A DNA stretch of 63,617 nucleotides, the filler included. It is 7 parts of 7 records of this genome, joined end to end, with 100 filler letters (N's around TTAATTAATTAA, not from the genome) between each part and the next. Parts side by side here need not be neighbours in the genome. Positions count along the whole stretch, not along the records: positions 36,806 to 44,833 come from SRR20825019_1591; positions 44,934 to 50,966 come from SRR20825019_1595; 5 more parts are not named here. One strand, written 5' to 3'. The notes under the pieces are model-generated. The model worked only from the letters and a program-made list of their open reading frames with translations. It was not told the DNA's origin and did not search any database. Shown in pieces: positions 39,618 through 49,413 of the stretch; the stretch's first letter is position 1, and each line of letters starts with the position of its first letter. Both the position numbers and the translations under genes were made by a program.

Positions 39618-40333
39618 CCCTGCTCGAAGTCTGCGTGGACACTGCCGAAGGCCTGGCCGCTGCGATCCTGGGCGGTGCCGACCGGGTGGAACTGTGTTCG
39701 GTGCTCGAACTGGGCGGTTTGACACCCTATGCCGGGCTGATGGCGCTGGCGGGCAGGGCACCCGTGCCGGTGCGCGCCATGATCCGCCCCCGTGCGGGCG
39801 ATTTTGTTTTCACCGCCGGCGACCTCGAAATCATGCTGGGCGATATCGAGGCGGCCCGCCAGGCCGGGCTCTCCGGCGTGGTGCTGGGCGCCAGCCTGCC
39901 GGATGGACGGCTCGACATCGAGAAACTGGAGCGCCTGGTCGATGAAGCCGGCGAACTGCAAAAGACCCTGCATCGCGCCATCGATCTGGTGCCGGACATG
40001 GCCGAAGCGGTCGAACAGGCGATTGCCCTGGGTTTCGACACCATCCTCACCTCAGGCCGCGCATCCAGCGCGCTGGAGGGCATTGCCGATCTCGAGCTGG
40101 CCCATAATGTCGCCGACGGGCGCATCGCCATCATGGCCGGGGCAGGCGTCAATGCAGCCACTGCGCCGCATATCCTTGGCCGCGTCCCTTTGGCGGCCGT
40201 GCATGGCTCCTGCTCAGAGCCGGTGCCGCCCGATAGCGATGTCGCGCAGCGCCTTGGCTTCGTCAGCCCGACGCGTCGCGCCACCAGTCCCGACAAGGTT
40301 GCCGCCCTCAAGGCCGCCTTAGCGGTCCACTAG
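39614..40333 (+). CDS. cutC: CutC-family protein
   Basis: LEVCVD, GADRVELC, GGLTP, MIRPRAGDF, TLHRAID, ILTSG. Confidence 0.92.
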   Translation: MTLLEVCVDTAEGLAAAILGGADRVELCSVLELGGLTPYAGLMALAGRAPVPVRAMIRPRAGDFVFTAGDLEIMLGDIEAARQAGLSGVVLGASLPDGRLDIEKLERLVDEAGELQKTLHRAIDLVPDMAEAVEQAIALGFDTILTSGRASSALEGIADLELAHNVADGRIAIMAGAGVNAATAPHILGRVPLAAVHGSCSEPVPPDSDVAQRLGFVSPTRRATSPDKVAALKAALAVH

Positions 40334-40900
40334 AAATTCGGAAGTCACCTCAAGCGCCCGGTCATCGCGGGCCGCAATGCCTTCTGGCGGCTGATGCGCT
40401 GCAATCACCGCGTCGCGCTGGCGCACCAGCGCGGTAATCTCGTCCTCATAGGCCACCAGCACCGCCGTCAGCCAGCGATTGACGAGGTAGGATGGCCGCG
40501 GCATCTGCATGTCGAAGCGGGCCAGCAGGGGAATGGTCACTTCCGCGTCCGCCCAGTCATCGCCAACCACCCATTGATTGACGGTGAACAGCCGCAACAG
40601 CCGCCCATGCGCGTCAACGCCCACCGCGCAGAGGTGATGGATCGGGCCCTCCGGTCCATCGGGACGAAGGAAGCAATGGAAATGCCCATGCTCCTCCGAT
40701 CCCTCTTCGGCCGGATGGCAATGATAGAACCATTGCGCATTGCTGGCGGGGTCGAACACGTCGCCCGGCGGATAGTGCTCCCAGGCGGCAATGTCGGTGA
40801 TGCCCGCAAAGGTTTCGCTCAGCACGTTGAGACCGCCCTTGGCGAGAACGGCCTCGCAAAAGGCGATTTCCGTTTGGGCCTGGTCCTGGGCTGTGCTCAT
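40319..40900 (-). CDS. His-rich conserved hypothetical protein (DUF6969-like)
   Basis: WEHYPPGDVFD, WFYHCHP, EHGHFHCF, HHLCAV, LFTVNQWV; family name is from recall and unverified. Confidence 0.65.
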   Translation of the reverse strand: MSTAQDQAQTEIAFCEAVLAKGGLNVLSETFAGITDIAAWEHYPPGDVFDPASNAQWFYHCHPAEEGSEEHGHFHCFLRPDGPEGPIHHLCAVGVDAHGRLLRLFTVNQWVVGDDWADAEVTIPLLARFDMQMPRPSYLVNRWLTAVLVAYEDEITALVRQRDAVIAAHQPPEGIAARDDRALEVTSEFLVDR

Positions 40901-41331
40901 CAGTCAGAGACCACCAGATCCGGCGCTTCGCCCGCCCCGTCCGGAAGCGGCATTGGAGCCGGGGGCGGCGGCGCCAATTGCGGCGCAGCTTCGTCCGGCG
41001 GAGTGGCCGGTGGCGGGGGTGGAGGCGCCTTCTGTGACGCGGCGGGCGGTTGAGCCGGTGGAGGGGGAGGCGCGGCCTTGGCCGGGGCGCCGGCAGAACA
41101 AGGGGCAACAGCTGGCGGCGGCGGTGGCGCGGCCTTGGCGGGCGCGCCAGCGGCGCAGGGTGCGCCGGCTGCACACGGGGCGGCGCCCGCAGAGCAGGGC
41201 GAAGCGCCCGCGCTCACGCTGGTTTCCGCCGTCGGACGCGGCGGCACCGGATTGTTCACATGGTCATAGGCGATGGCAGCGGTCGACACGGCCAGCGCGG
41301 CACCAAACAGAAGTGTGTTGCGCGAACTCAT
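40900..41331 (-). CDS. Secreted or membrane-anchored Pro/Ala-rich protein with four PC(A/S)AG repeats
   Basis: Hydrophobic N-terminus; SPCSAG, APCAAG, APCAAG, APCSAG. Coupled on both sides (ATGA and TGATG overlaps). Confidence 0.78.
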   Translation of the reverse strand: MSSRNTLLFGAALAVSTAAIAYDHVNNPVPPRPTAETSVSAGASPCSAGAAPCAAGAPCAAGAPAKAAPPPPPAVAPCSAGAPAKAAPPPPPAQPPAASQKAPPPPPPATPPDEAAPQLAPPPPAPMPLPDGAGEAPDLVVSD

Positions 41332-42554
41332 TTGCGGCTCAATCCATCAAGACCAAACAGTGGGCGCGCCCAGACCCCGGCATAGGAGCCCGCAAAGGCT
41401 GCCGCGAACCACAGCCAGCCATGCAGGCTCCCCGTGGCGATGCCCGAAAACAGCGCGCCGATATTGCAGCCGAAGGAGAGGCGGGCGCCGTAGCCCATCA
41501 ACAGGCCGCCGATAATGGCGGCCAATAGCGACCCCAGCGGCAGTTTGGCCTTGGGCGCGAATTTGCCGGCGATCGAAGCGGCAATCGCAGCGCCCAGCAC
41601 CAGGCCGAAATCCATCACCGAAACCGTGTCGGCCAGCACCGAGGATTGTAGCGCCTGGGCCTGCGCCGGCCAGGTCCAGAATTCCCAGCTGGCGACATCA
41701 ATGCCCACGCCTTGCGCGATTTTCGCGCCCCACAGGCCAAAGCCATAGGTGATCGACCAGGGATGCCCGGCGGTCAGCAGGGTGGCGATATTGAGCAGCG
41801 CCAGGGCGAGCCCGGCGCCGACCAGCGGCCAGGGGCCAAGCCACAGCCAGCTCCAGCCTGGACGGGCCGGCACGGGTTCGGCTTCAAGATTGCCATGCGC
41901 GCGGCGTTCGATCAGCGCGGTGACAAGGGCCACCAGCGCCAGGGCGGCAATGGTCACGGCCAGGGCGCCGGCAATGCCGATTTCCGCCCCCAGGCTGAAC
42001 GTGCCCAGCGAGGGTTGCTCCAGCCAGAAGGGCAGGTGCGCAGTGCCGATCAGCGCCCCGATGATGAAGAATGCCAGCGTCACCAGCATGCGAGCCGAGC
42101 CGCCACCGACGGTGAACAGCGTGCCCGAGCCGCAGCCGCCGCCCAATTGCATGCCCAGGCCGAACATGGCCGCGCCCAGCAGCACCGAGACGCCCACCGG
42201 GGCAGCAGCCCCGACAATGGCCTGTCCACCGATCGATCCGGCCGCAACCAGCGGGATCATCGCGATGGCAGCGACCCCGATCATCAGCATCTGCGCCCGC
42301 ATCGAGCGGCCGCGCTTTTCCACCACCATGCGGCGCCAGCCGCCGGTAAAGCCGAAGCTGCCGTGAAACAGGGCAGCGCCCAGTGCGCCGCCGATCAGGA
42401 ACAGCGCGCCCTGGCGCAGATCGACGAGGCCGGTGATGAGCAAAAAGCCCAGACCCAGCACTGTTGCGGCAATGATAAGGGGCCAGCGGTCAGACGTGAC
42501 CGGCGGCAGGTATTTGGGGGCGGATGCGGAAATGTCGCTCATGGTGCTTTGCAA
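41328..42554 (-). CDS. YeeE/YedE (TsuA-like) sulfur-compound transporter
   Basis: FGLGMQLGGGCGSG and GYGARLSFGCNIG, multiple TM helices; start may be 42542. Confidence 0.9.
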   Translation of the reverse strand: MQSTMSDISASAPKYLPPVTSDRWPLIIAATVLGLGFLLITGLVDLRQGALFLIGGALGAALFHGSFGFTGGWRRMVVEKRGRSMRAQMLMIGVAAIAMIPLVAAGSIGGQAIVGAAAPVGVSVLLGAAMFGLGMQLGGGCGSGTLFTVGGGSARMLVTLAFFIIGALIGTAHLPFWLEQPSLGTFSLGAEIGIAGALAVTIAALALVALVTALIERRAHGNLEAEPVPARPGWSWLWLGPWPLVGAGLALALLNIATLLTAGHPWSITYGFGLWGAKIAQGVGIDVASWEFWTWPAQAQALQSSVLADTVSVMDFGLVLGAAIAASIAGKFAPKAKLPLGSLLAAIIGGLLMGYGARLSFGCNIGALFSGIATGSLHGWLWFAAAFAGSYAGVWARPLFGLDGLSRK

Positions 42555-42682
42555 ACTCTAGCGCTCAAGACGTTTTGGATGCTGCGCCGGCCTGGCGCAA
42601 CATCCAACTTGAACCAATGCGGTCTCTGCTGTCACCGCCCGCAGGAGCCGGCCAGTGACAACAGGGAGGAAAGGTGTGTCCC

Positions 42683-43585
42683 TTACTGGATGGGACGGGC
42701 CGGATCGGCTGCCCATTCGGCCATCGAGCCGTCATACATGGCAGTATTGGTGTTGCCGCCCACTTCGTGCAGCGCGAACCAGACCACCGAAGCCCAGTGC
42801 CCGGTATTGCAGAACACGATGTTCTCCTCGTCGGCCGCCAGCCCAAGGCCTTCGGCCAGCGCGGCAATGGTCTCAGGCTGCGCAAAGCTGGCATATTCCG
42901 AGCTGTAGAGCTTGGAGTTTTCCAGGTTCAGCGAGCCGGGAATGGTGCCTTCGATGCGCACCACCGGGCTCTTGGATTCCCCGACAAACTGGGCATGCGG
43001 GCGTCCGTCGATCAGCTTTGTCCCGGCAGCAAGGGCGGCTTCGACATCGGCTGTGGTGGCGCGCAATTCGTCGCGCACTTCAAAGGGGAAGGTGGTTGCT
43101 TCGGGCACGGCGGCCTCGGCCACGCGTTCGCCGCCCTGGGCGTCATACTGGCGCCAGCCGCCATCCAGGATCGAGACTTCGTCATGGCCGAGATATTTGA
43201 AGGTCCAGTAGACGCGGGTGGCGCCACCGAATTCGGAACTGTCCGTGCCCCAGGGCACGATCACCACATGGTCGTCGCCATCGATGCCCAGGCTCCCGAT
43301 CAGTTCGGCGACCTGCTCGGGCGCCGGAATCTGACCCGGCACGCCTTCGATTTCGGTGCGCCAGCCGGCAGTGTTGTAGGGAGCAACAACGGCATTGGCG
43401 ATATAGGGCAGATCACCCAGATCCGTGTTTTCGATGTCGGCGCGAATGTCCAGGATGACGAGGTTCTCGTCGCTGGCATGGGCTTTGAGCCATTCCGCGC
43501 TCACCAGCGGGGTGACGTCCTGAGCCTGCACGGCAATCGGGGTCACGGCCAGCACAGCGGCGGTGGCAAAGGTGGAAAGGCGCAT
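42683..43585 (-). CDS. Periplasmic tandem-domain rhodanese/sulfurtransferase
   Basis: Signal peptide, ATRVYWTF, LDGG, active-site loop FCNTGHWAS, YDGSMAEW. Confidence 0.9.
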   Translation of the reverse strand: MRLSTFATAAVLAVTPIAVQAQDVTPLVSAEWLKAHASDENLVILDIRADIENTDLGDLPYIANAVVAPYNTAGWRTEIEGVPGQIPAPEQVAELIGSLGIDGDDHVVIVPWGTDSSEFGGATRVYWTFKYLGHDEVSILDGGWRQYDAQGGERVAEAAVPEATTFPFEVRDELRATTADVEAALAAGTKLIDGRPHAQFVGESKSPVVRIEGTIPGSLNLENSKLYSSEYASFAQPETIAALAEGLGLAADEENIVFCNTGHWASVVWFALHEVGGNTNTAMYDGSMAEWAADPARPIQ

Positions 43586-43713
43586 GGGGGAACTCCAAAG
43601 TCTGTTTGTCACAAACCTATAGAATGCCAGCGATCAAATCGAAGTCTGGAGAACCAAATTCCGTTCCAAAGGCGGAATATTTCGCTTGAGGCATGCGCCC
43701 CCCATGCAAGCCT

Positions 43714-44406
43714 TTACTCCCAGGTCTCGAGCATGGCGGTCGCGACAAATTCGAGATGCTGCGCCATGGCCTGGCGGGCGCCCTCGGCATTGCCGCTGAC
43801 CACCGCGGCAACAATGGCCTCGTGATCGGCCAGGATGTGGTCGCGAATGTCCCGGATTGCGGCCAGGTGCTGGTGGAAGCGCTTGTCGACCGCGCCATGG
43901 CGGGCATTCCACAGCGCCTCGATGGTTTCGCGCAGCACCGCATTATTGCAGGCATCGGCCAGCGTCATATGCAGCACCTGGTCGCTTTCCGAGCTCCACT
44001 GGTCGAGCACGGTTTCTGCGCGCATCGTCTTGAGCGCGTCTCGCAGCCGCGTGGTGCCCTGGGGCGAAATGTTCTGGCTGGCCAGCGCGGCCGCCTCGGG
44101 CTCGAGCAAGCGGCGAACGGCCATCACTTCAAGCGGCGACGCGCTCAGTTCAGGCAGGCTCACGCCGGAAACGTCGCGCTGACGCACAAAGGCGCCGGCG
44201 CCGACCCGCACCTCGACAAGTCCCGCCACTTCGAGCGCAATCAGCGCCTCGCGCACCGTGGGGCGTGACACCCCCAGGCTCATGGCCAGGTCGCGTTCCG
44301 AAGGCAATTGCCGGCCCGCTTCCACAGCGCCATTGAGAATCTGGTCGCGGATCTGGTCGGCGATCTGGATGTAGAGTTTGCGCTTGGATACGGCTTGCAG
44401 CTTCAT
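43714..44406 (-). CDS. GntR/FadR-family transcriptional regulator
   Basis: LPSERDLA...GVSRPTVREAL plus an FCD domain; start MKLQAV. Confidence 0.92.
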   Translation of the reverse strand: MKLQAVSKRKLYIQIADQIRDQILNGAVEAGRQLPSERDLAMSLGVSRPTVREALIALEVAGLVEVRVGAGAFVRQRDVSGVSLPELSASPLEVMAVRRLLEPEAAALASQNISPQGTTRLRDALKTMRAETVLDQWSSESDQVLHMTLADACNNAVLRETIEALWNARHGAVDKRFHQHLAAIRDIRDHILADHEAIVAAVVSGNAEGARQAMAQHLEFVATAMLETWE

Positions 44407-44454
44407 TTGGGCCCTCTTGCCTTTCTCATAGCCTCGCCCAGACAGCCTGTCCAC

Positions 44455-44465
44455 TGGTCTGACCA
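44455..44465. promoter_or_regulatory. FadR-type operator TGGTCTGACCA
   Basis: Palindrome TGGTC-N-GACCA in the divergent region between the regulator and the ABC gene; matches the FadR-subfamily TGGT-N3-ACCA pattern. Confidence 0.65.
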
Positions 44466-44689
44466 CTTGACAGGTTTTTGGAAACCTCGTTAGCTGACTG
44501 ACGAGCGTACCTCACCGCACCCTGCTGCATTAAATCATATTGTAGTATAATTTGTGCCGTGATACGGTCATGACCACGTCGGGGGAGGACCGGCGTGGTG
44601 CAGCAGTAATCAGAAGTGCGTGTTCATCGCCTTCCACCGTCAGGTGGGGGTGCTGCTTGCCATGACGACCATCGCCAACAAGGGAGGAC

Positions 44690-44833
44690 GTGTTGGCACT
44701 TTTGGAATTGAAGGGCGTGACCAAGGATTTTGGGGCCATTAGAGCTCTGTCCCACGTCAGCTTTGCTATCCAGCCCGGCGAAGTGGTCGGGCTGATGGGG
44801 GATAACGGGGCGGGCAAGTCCACCCTGGTCAAG
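44690..44833 (+). CDS. Sugar ABC ATP-binding protein, N-terminus (truncated)
   Basis: GTG start after GGAGG; Walker [10 protein letters not shown]. Confidence 0.85.
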
Positions 44834-44935
44834 NNNNNNNNNNNNNNNNNNNNNNNNNNNNNNNNNNNNNNNNNNNNTTAATTAATTAANNNNNNNNNNN
44901 NNNNNNNNNNNNNNNNNNNNNNNNNNNNNNNNNGT

Positions 44936-45280
44936 GGTGACCTGTCGCTGAACGCCAAACCCTCGGGCGAGGATGACGGGATGGAATGGATCGACCTGAT
45001 CGAGGACGATGGCCCCGCCCCGGCCGAAGGGGTGGCGGCGCGGCAGGACGGGTTGGTCCTGCGCGGTTGGCTGCTGGAGGCAATGGCGGCGCTGACGCCC
45101 CGCGAACGGGCGATCATCGCCGCGCGCAAGCTCGATGACGAGCCGCGGACGCTGGAGGCTCTGGGTGTGGAACTGGGCCTGTCCAAGGAGCGCGTGCGCC
45201 AGATCGAGGCCAGCGCCCTGGGCAAGATGAAGCGCGATCTTGCCAGCCGCGCGCCGGGGGTCTATGCCCTTCTCGCATGA
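44936..45280 (+). CDS. rpoH: RpoH (sigma-32 family, probably RpoH2) C-terminal fragment
   Basis: GDLSLN...EWID...LTPRERAII...RTLEALGVELGLSKERVRQIE. Confidence 0.8.
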   Translation, partial: GDLSLNAKPSGEDDGMEWIDLIEDDGPAPAEGVAARQDGLVLRGWLLEAMAALTPRERAIIAARKLDDEPRTLEALGVELGLSKERVRQIEASALGKMKRDLASRAPGVYALLA

Positions 45281-46080
45281 GAAGCGCGATCCTGTTGACG
45301 TTCCTCGCCGCCATGCCCGCCGGGGCAGAGCCGATTTCCGAAACCGACCTCGACCGACTGCCCGCCGCGCAAGTGGTGGTGCTGGGCGAGGTCCATGACA
45401 ATGCGCAGCACCATCTGAACCAGGCCCGGGCGGTCGGGGCGATGCGTCCCGCGGCGGTGGTCTGGGAGATGCTGACGCCCGATCAGGCGGCGCGGATGCC
45501 CGAGGACCGGGCGGACCCGGCGCTGGTCGAGGCCGCGCTGGGCTGGGCGGGCAGCGGCTGGCCCGATTTCGCCCTGTATTATCCCATCGTTCAGGCCGCC
45601 GGTGCAGCGCGCCATTATGGCGCCGCCGTCCCCCGCCCCGAAGCCCAGCGCGCCTTTGCCGAGGGCGCGGCGGCGGTCTTTGGCGCTGAGGCCGCGCGGT
45701 TCGGGCTCGACCGGGCTTTGCCAGCCGACGATCAGGCAGCGCGCGAGGCAGAGCAGTTCGAGGCCCATTGCGAAGCGATGCCGATGGCAATGATGGGCGG
45801 CATGGTCGAGGCCCAGCGCCTGCGCGACGCTGCGCTGGCGCGGGCGGCCCTGCAGGCGCTGGCGGAAACCGGCGGCCCGGTGGCGGTGATCGCCGGGGCG
45901 GGCCATGCACGGCGCGATCAGGGGATGCCGGATCTGATGACCGAGGCCGCGCCCGAGGTCACGGTGCTGGCGCTGGGCCAGACCGAGGCCGACCCGGGCC
46001 CCGAGGCGCCCTGGGACCTCTGGCTGGTCACGGCGCCGACCGAGCGCCCCGATCCCTGCGCCGCCTTCCGTCAGGAATGA
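45277..46080 (+). CDS. ChaN-like (EreA/ChaN superfamily) exported protein
   Basis: VVVLGEVHDN, WEML, WPDF.LYYPI, AQRLRD, AGAGHAR. Confidence 0.82.
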   Translation: MRSAILLTFLAAMPAGAEPISETDLDRLPAAQVVVLGEVHDNAQHHLNQARAVGAMRPAAVVWEMLTPDQAARMPEDRADPALVEAALGWAGSGWPDFALYYPIVQAAGAARHYGAAVPRPEAQRAFAEGAAAVFGAEAARFGLDRALPADDQAAREAEQFEAHCEAMPMAMMGGMVEAQRLRDAALARAALQALAETGGPVAVIAGAGHARRDQGMPDLMTEAAPEVTVLALGQTEADPGPEAPWDLWLVTAPTERPDPCAAFRQE

Positions 46081-46243
46081 CGCGGCGGGGACCAGCGGGG
46101 CAGCGCCCTGACGCCTTCCGGTCCGGTCAGTAAAACGCGCGGGAGGGGGTATCTATGCCCCCTGCCCGCGCAGCGATCGATAAGAACTTTCCCGGCCAGA
46201 CAGGGCCGCTCGGGACAGAGCGGCACCCGGTCCGGCCGGGAAG

Positions 46244-46738
46244 TCACCATACCATGACTTCATACTCGTTAACGGTCACTTCGTTGCCGCCGTAGCCGAT
46301 GTTGCAGCCGCTGAACCCCGGGCGCACCTTGCCCGGATGGGTTCCGCCCGCATACCAGGCCCGACAGAAATACAGTGCCTCGCCCGAGGCTTCGGCCGCG
46401 GCGCTCAGGGCGTTGCCGGGAACCATCCCGCCCCGCGCCCGAACCCAGTTGGCCTGCCCCATGGCGACATCATACTCGGCCACGGCAATCTCGCGGCCGC
46501 CGTAACCAATGTTGCACCCGTTAAACCCGGGGCGCACCTTGCCCGGATGATACCCGCCCGCATAAGCCGCAACACATACATAAAGCGCGGCCCCGTTGCT
46601 TTCGGCGCCTGCCACCATCGCCCCCCGCGGCACCGACCCGCCCGAGGCATGGCGCCAGGCAATGTCGGTCTGCGCCTGCACCGGCTGCGCCAGGACCAGA
46701 ACGGCCGCGGCAACCACACCGGAAAGAACGGTCTGCAT
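46244..46738 (-). CDS. Secreted protein with two DM9 (DUF3421) repeats
   Basis: Signal peptide, then two copies of W...G.VP..A....E..G..LY.C.A.YAGG.HPGKVRPGF.GCNIGYGG.E.....Y.V. Confidence 0.85.
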   Translation of the reverse strand: MQTVLSGVVAAAVLVLAQPVQAQTDIAWRHASGGSVPRGAMVAGAESNGAALYVCVAAYAGGYHPGKVRPGFNGCNIGYGGREIAVAEYDVAMGQANWVRARGGMVPGNALSAAAEASGEALYFCRAWYAGGTHPGKVRPGFSGCNIGYGGNEVTVNEYEVMVW

Positions 46739-46980
46739 CGAAACACACCATCGGACGTGAACCTGCATTCAAGATGGCAGATTCGACCGGCTTGAGGAAC
46801 TGGACAGGTGTACAGTCCCGCCCTGTCTGGCCGGGCTGGTCAGCTGTCCAGTGTTCCCGGCCCGCCGAATGCGCTAGGACAGGGATCGAGGGGTCCGCTG
46901 ACCCGCCCGCGGGCGGGGCCTCACCCCTTTCCCGTGCCGCCGATACCGCCCCCGGCGGTTCTCTCGTGGGGGTGAGAGCG

Positions 46981-49413
46981 ATGCCGAGCCTGTATTGGGG
47001 TCCCCTGGCGATCAACGCCCTGCTCTTTTCGTTGCTGGGGACGGTGATCGCGGCCTATTTCGGGGTCCGGGTGATCGTCGCCCGGCGGCAGGGAACCCCG
47101 ACCGACGGGCTGATGCCGCCGCTCTGGATCTTCGCCATGGCCGCCCTCTGCGCGGTACTGGTGACGCTCAGCCATGTGCTGGACCGCGACGTCGCCGCCT
47201 GGATCCTGCCCTGGGCCGCCCCCTCGGGCAGCGCCGCCATGGCCGCCTCGATCCTGTTTGCCGAACGGCTGTTTGGCGAGGGCATCCTGTCCCGCCGCGG
47301 CCGCAAGGCGCTGGCGCTGGCGCTGGCCCTCTTCGTCGCGGGCGAGGTCGCCATCGCGGCGGCGCGCACCATCTATCTGTCGCAAGGCACGGTCTATTTC
47401 CGTGACGCCTGGCTGCGGACCGCCTTCGTCACCGGCTTCGTCGTCGCGCCCGCCTTCTGCCTTGTCAACCTGCGGCGCGCGCTCGGCCCCGACGGCTGGC
47501 GGCGCATCGGGCCAGTGCTGCTGAACCCGTTCCGCCCGCTGACCGATCACCCCGGGGCCTCGGCCGCGCGGGGCATCTTCTATTTCTCGCTGATGCCGGT
47601 GGCCCTGGCACTGGTGCTCTTGGCCCGCAGCACCGGCATCCTCGGCTGGAGCGTCGCCGAAACCATCCTCAGCTGGCTGGTGCTGCTGGTCTTCTCGGGC
47701 TTCGTCTGGACCTTCCTGAGCTACCTGCCCGAACGCTCCGGCGCCACGACCAAGATCGCGGCCATGGTCCTTGTCGCCTTCCTGATGATCGTCTCGGCCC
47801 TGTCCTGGCTGGTGGCGCCCGCCATCCTCGACGGATTCCGCGACCGCGGCGCCCCCTACGCCGGGCAGGCCTATCGACTGGCCCCGGCCCCGGACGGCGG
47901 CTATGACATCACCACGATCGAGGCGCAGCGCGTGGTTCCCCTGCTGCACCGCCCGGGTCCCGAGACGGAGCCCGTCGCCCTGCCCTTCGAGCTGCCCTTC
48001 CTGGGGCAGCGCCACAGCAGCCTCTATGTCCGCGATACCGGGCTGGTCGGCCTGGGCGCCTTCCCCCGGCTCGAGGATATCCAGTACCGTTATGGCCCCG
48101 AAGCCGCGATCTTCGTGCTGGCCGCGCGCCTTACCCCGCCCCAGGCCCCCTCCGCCGACAGCGGCGTCTTCGTCGACGCCCTGCCCGGCCGCGTGGTGAT
48201 CAGCTGGGCGCATATGGCCATCGAGGGCGCCCCCGACCAGCGCTATGACGCGCAGCTGACGCTCTATCCCGACGGCACGCTCGACATCGCCTTCTTCGAG
48301 ATCCCGCTGCATCCAAGGGCCAATCTCTACCGTCCCGACGATGTGGCGATGCTGGTCGGGCTGACCCCCGGCTCGCGCCATGGCACGGTCCTGGAGGGCG
48401 CGCTGGCCGGCCGCCACCTGCCGCCGGGCACCGGCGCGGTCGATGACCGGCGGCCCGCCTTCTACAAGGCGATGAACGCGGCTTTCGGGCCGATGGCCGC
48501 CTTCCTGCTGCTGGCGGTGCCGGGGCTTTTGGTGCTGTTCTCGCTGCTGGTGCAGCTGAGCGTCCAGCGCCCGCTGGCAGCGCTGGCGATGGGGGTCGAA
48601 CGGTTCCGCAAGGGGCATCTGGGCACGCCGATCCCGGTCTATGCCCAGGACGAGATCGGCGCGCTGGCGCGGGCCTTCAACGAGGTCGCGGCCGAGCGCG
48701 AGCGCCTGCTGCAATCGCTGGAAGCCGAGGTCGAGCGGCGCTCGGCCGAGGCGGTCGAATTGTCGGCGCGCAACGCCCGGCTCGAGGAACGCGCGGACCT
48801 CGGACGCGAATTGCACGACGCGGTCAGCCAGAGCCTGTTCGCCGCCTCGCTGATCGCCGACAGCCTGCCGCGCCTGCAGCAGAACGATCCTGCCAAGGCC
48901 GCCGAGGCCGGTCGCCAGGTGGCCGCGCTGAACCGCGCCGCGCTGGCCGAGACGCGCAACCTGCTGATGCATCTGCGCTCGCAGGAGATGCTAAGCCAGC
49001 CCTTCGGCACCCTCCTGCGCGGCGTGGCCGAGGAGATGGCGCGCAGCTACGGGCTGCAGGTCACGGTCAGCGTCGACAGCGACGCGCAATTGCCGGGCGA
49101 GGTGCAATACGCCTTCTTCCGCGTGGCCCATGCCGCCCTGACCAATGTCGCCCGCCACGCAGGCACCGACCGCGCCGAGGCCAGTTTCGACGCCGTCGAT
49201 GGACAGGCGATGCTGACCGTCACCGACGCCGGGGCCGGTTTCGACCCCGATGCGGTGCCGCCGGGTCATTTCGGCCTCGCGATCATGCGTGAAAGGCTGG
49301 ACAAACTGGGCGGAATGCTGGAGGTCGAGACGGCACCCGGCAGAGGGTGCAGGATCACGGCGATCTGGTTTTCGGATGACAACGGCGACGGCGATTCGGG
49401 TGATGCTGGTTGA
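46981..49413 (+). CDS. Multi-TM sensor histidine kinase (HAMP, HisKA_3, HATPase) with a large extracytoplasmic domain
   Basis: DEIGALARAFN (HAMP), ELHDAVSQSL, ALTNVARHA, DAGAGF, GHFGLAIMRER. Confidence 0.9.
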   Translation: MPSLYWGPLAINALLFSLLGTVIAAYFGVRVIVARRQGTPTDGLMPPLWIFAMAALCAVLVTLSHVLDRDVAAWILPWAAPSGSAAMAASILFAERLFGEGILSRRGRKALALALALFVAGEVAIAAARTIYLSQGTVYFRDAWLRTAFVTGFVVAPAFCLVNLRRALGPDGWRRIGPVLLNPFRPLTDHPGASAARGIFYFSLMPVALALVLLARSTGILGWSVAETILSWLVLLVFSGFVWTFLSYLPERSGATTKIAAMVLVAFLMIVSALSWLVAPAILDGFRDRGAPYAGQAYRLAPAPDGGYDITTIEAQRVVPLLHRPGPETEPVALPFELPFLGQRHSSLYVRDTGLVGLGAFPRLEDIQYRYGPEAAIFVLAARLTPPQAPSADSGVFVDALPGRVVISWAHMAIEGAPDQRYDAQLTLYPDGTLDIAFFEIPLHPRANLYRPDDVAMLVGLTPGSRHGTVLEGALAGRHLPPGTGAVDDRRPAFYKAMNAAFGPMAAFLLLAVPGLLVLFSLLVQLSVQRPLAALAMGVERFRKGHLGTPIPVYAQDEIGALARAFNEVAAERERLLQSLEAEVERRSAEAVELSARNARLEERADLGRELHDAVSQSLFAASLIADSLPRLQQNDPAKAAEAGRQVAALNRAALAETRNLLMHLRSQEMLSQPFGTLLRGVAEEMARSYGLQVTVSVDSDAQLPGEVQYAFFRVAHAALTNVARHAGTDRAEASFDAVDGQAMLTVTDAGAGFDPDAVPPGHFGLAIMRERLDKLGGMLEVETAPGRGCRITAIWFSDDNGDGDSGDAG

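Noticed and set aside
38703-40333. ROK kinase-cutC pairing as a novel system
   Set aside because: This pairing is commonly seen in amino-sugar utilisation contexts, and it is convergent with, not part of, the sulfur cluster.
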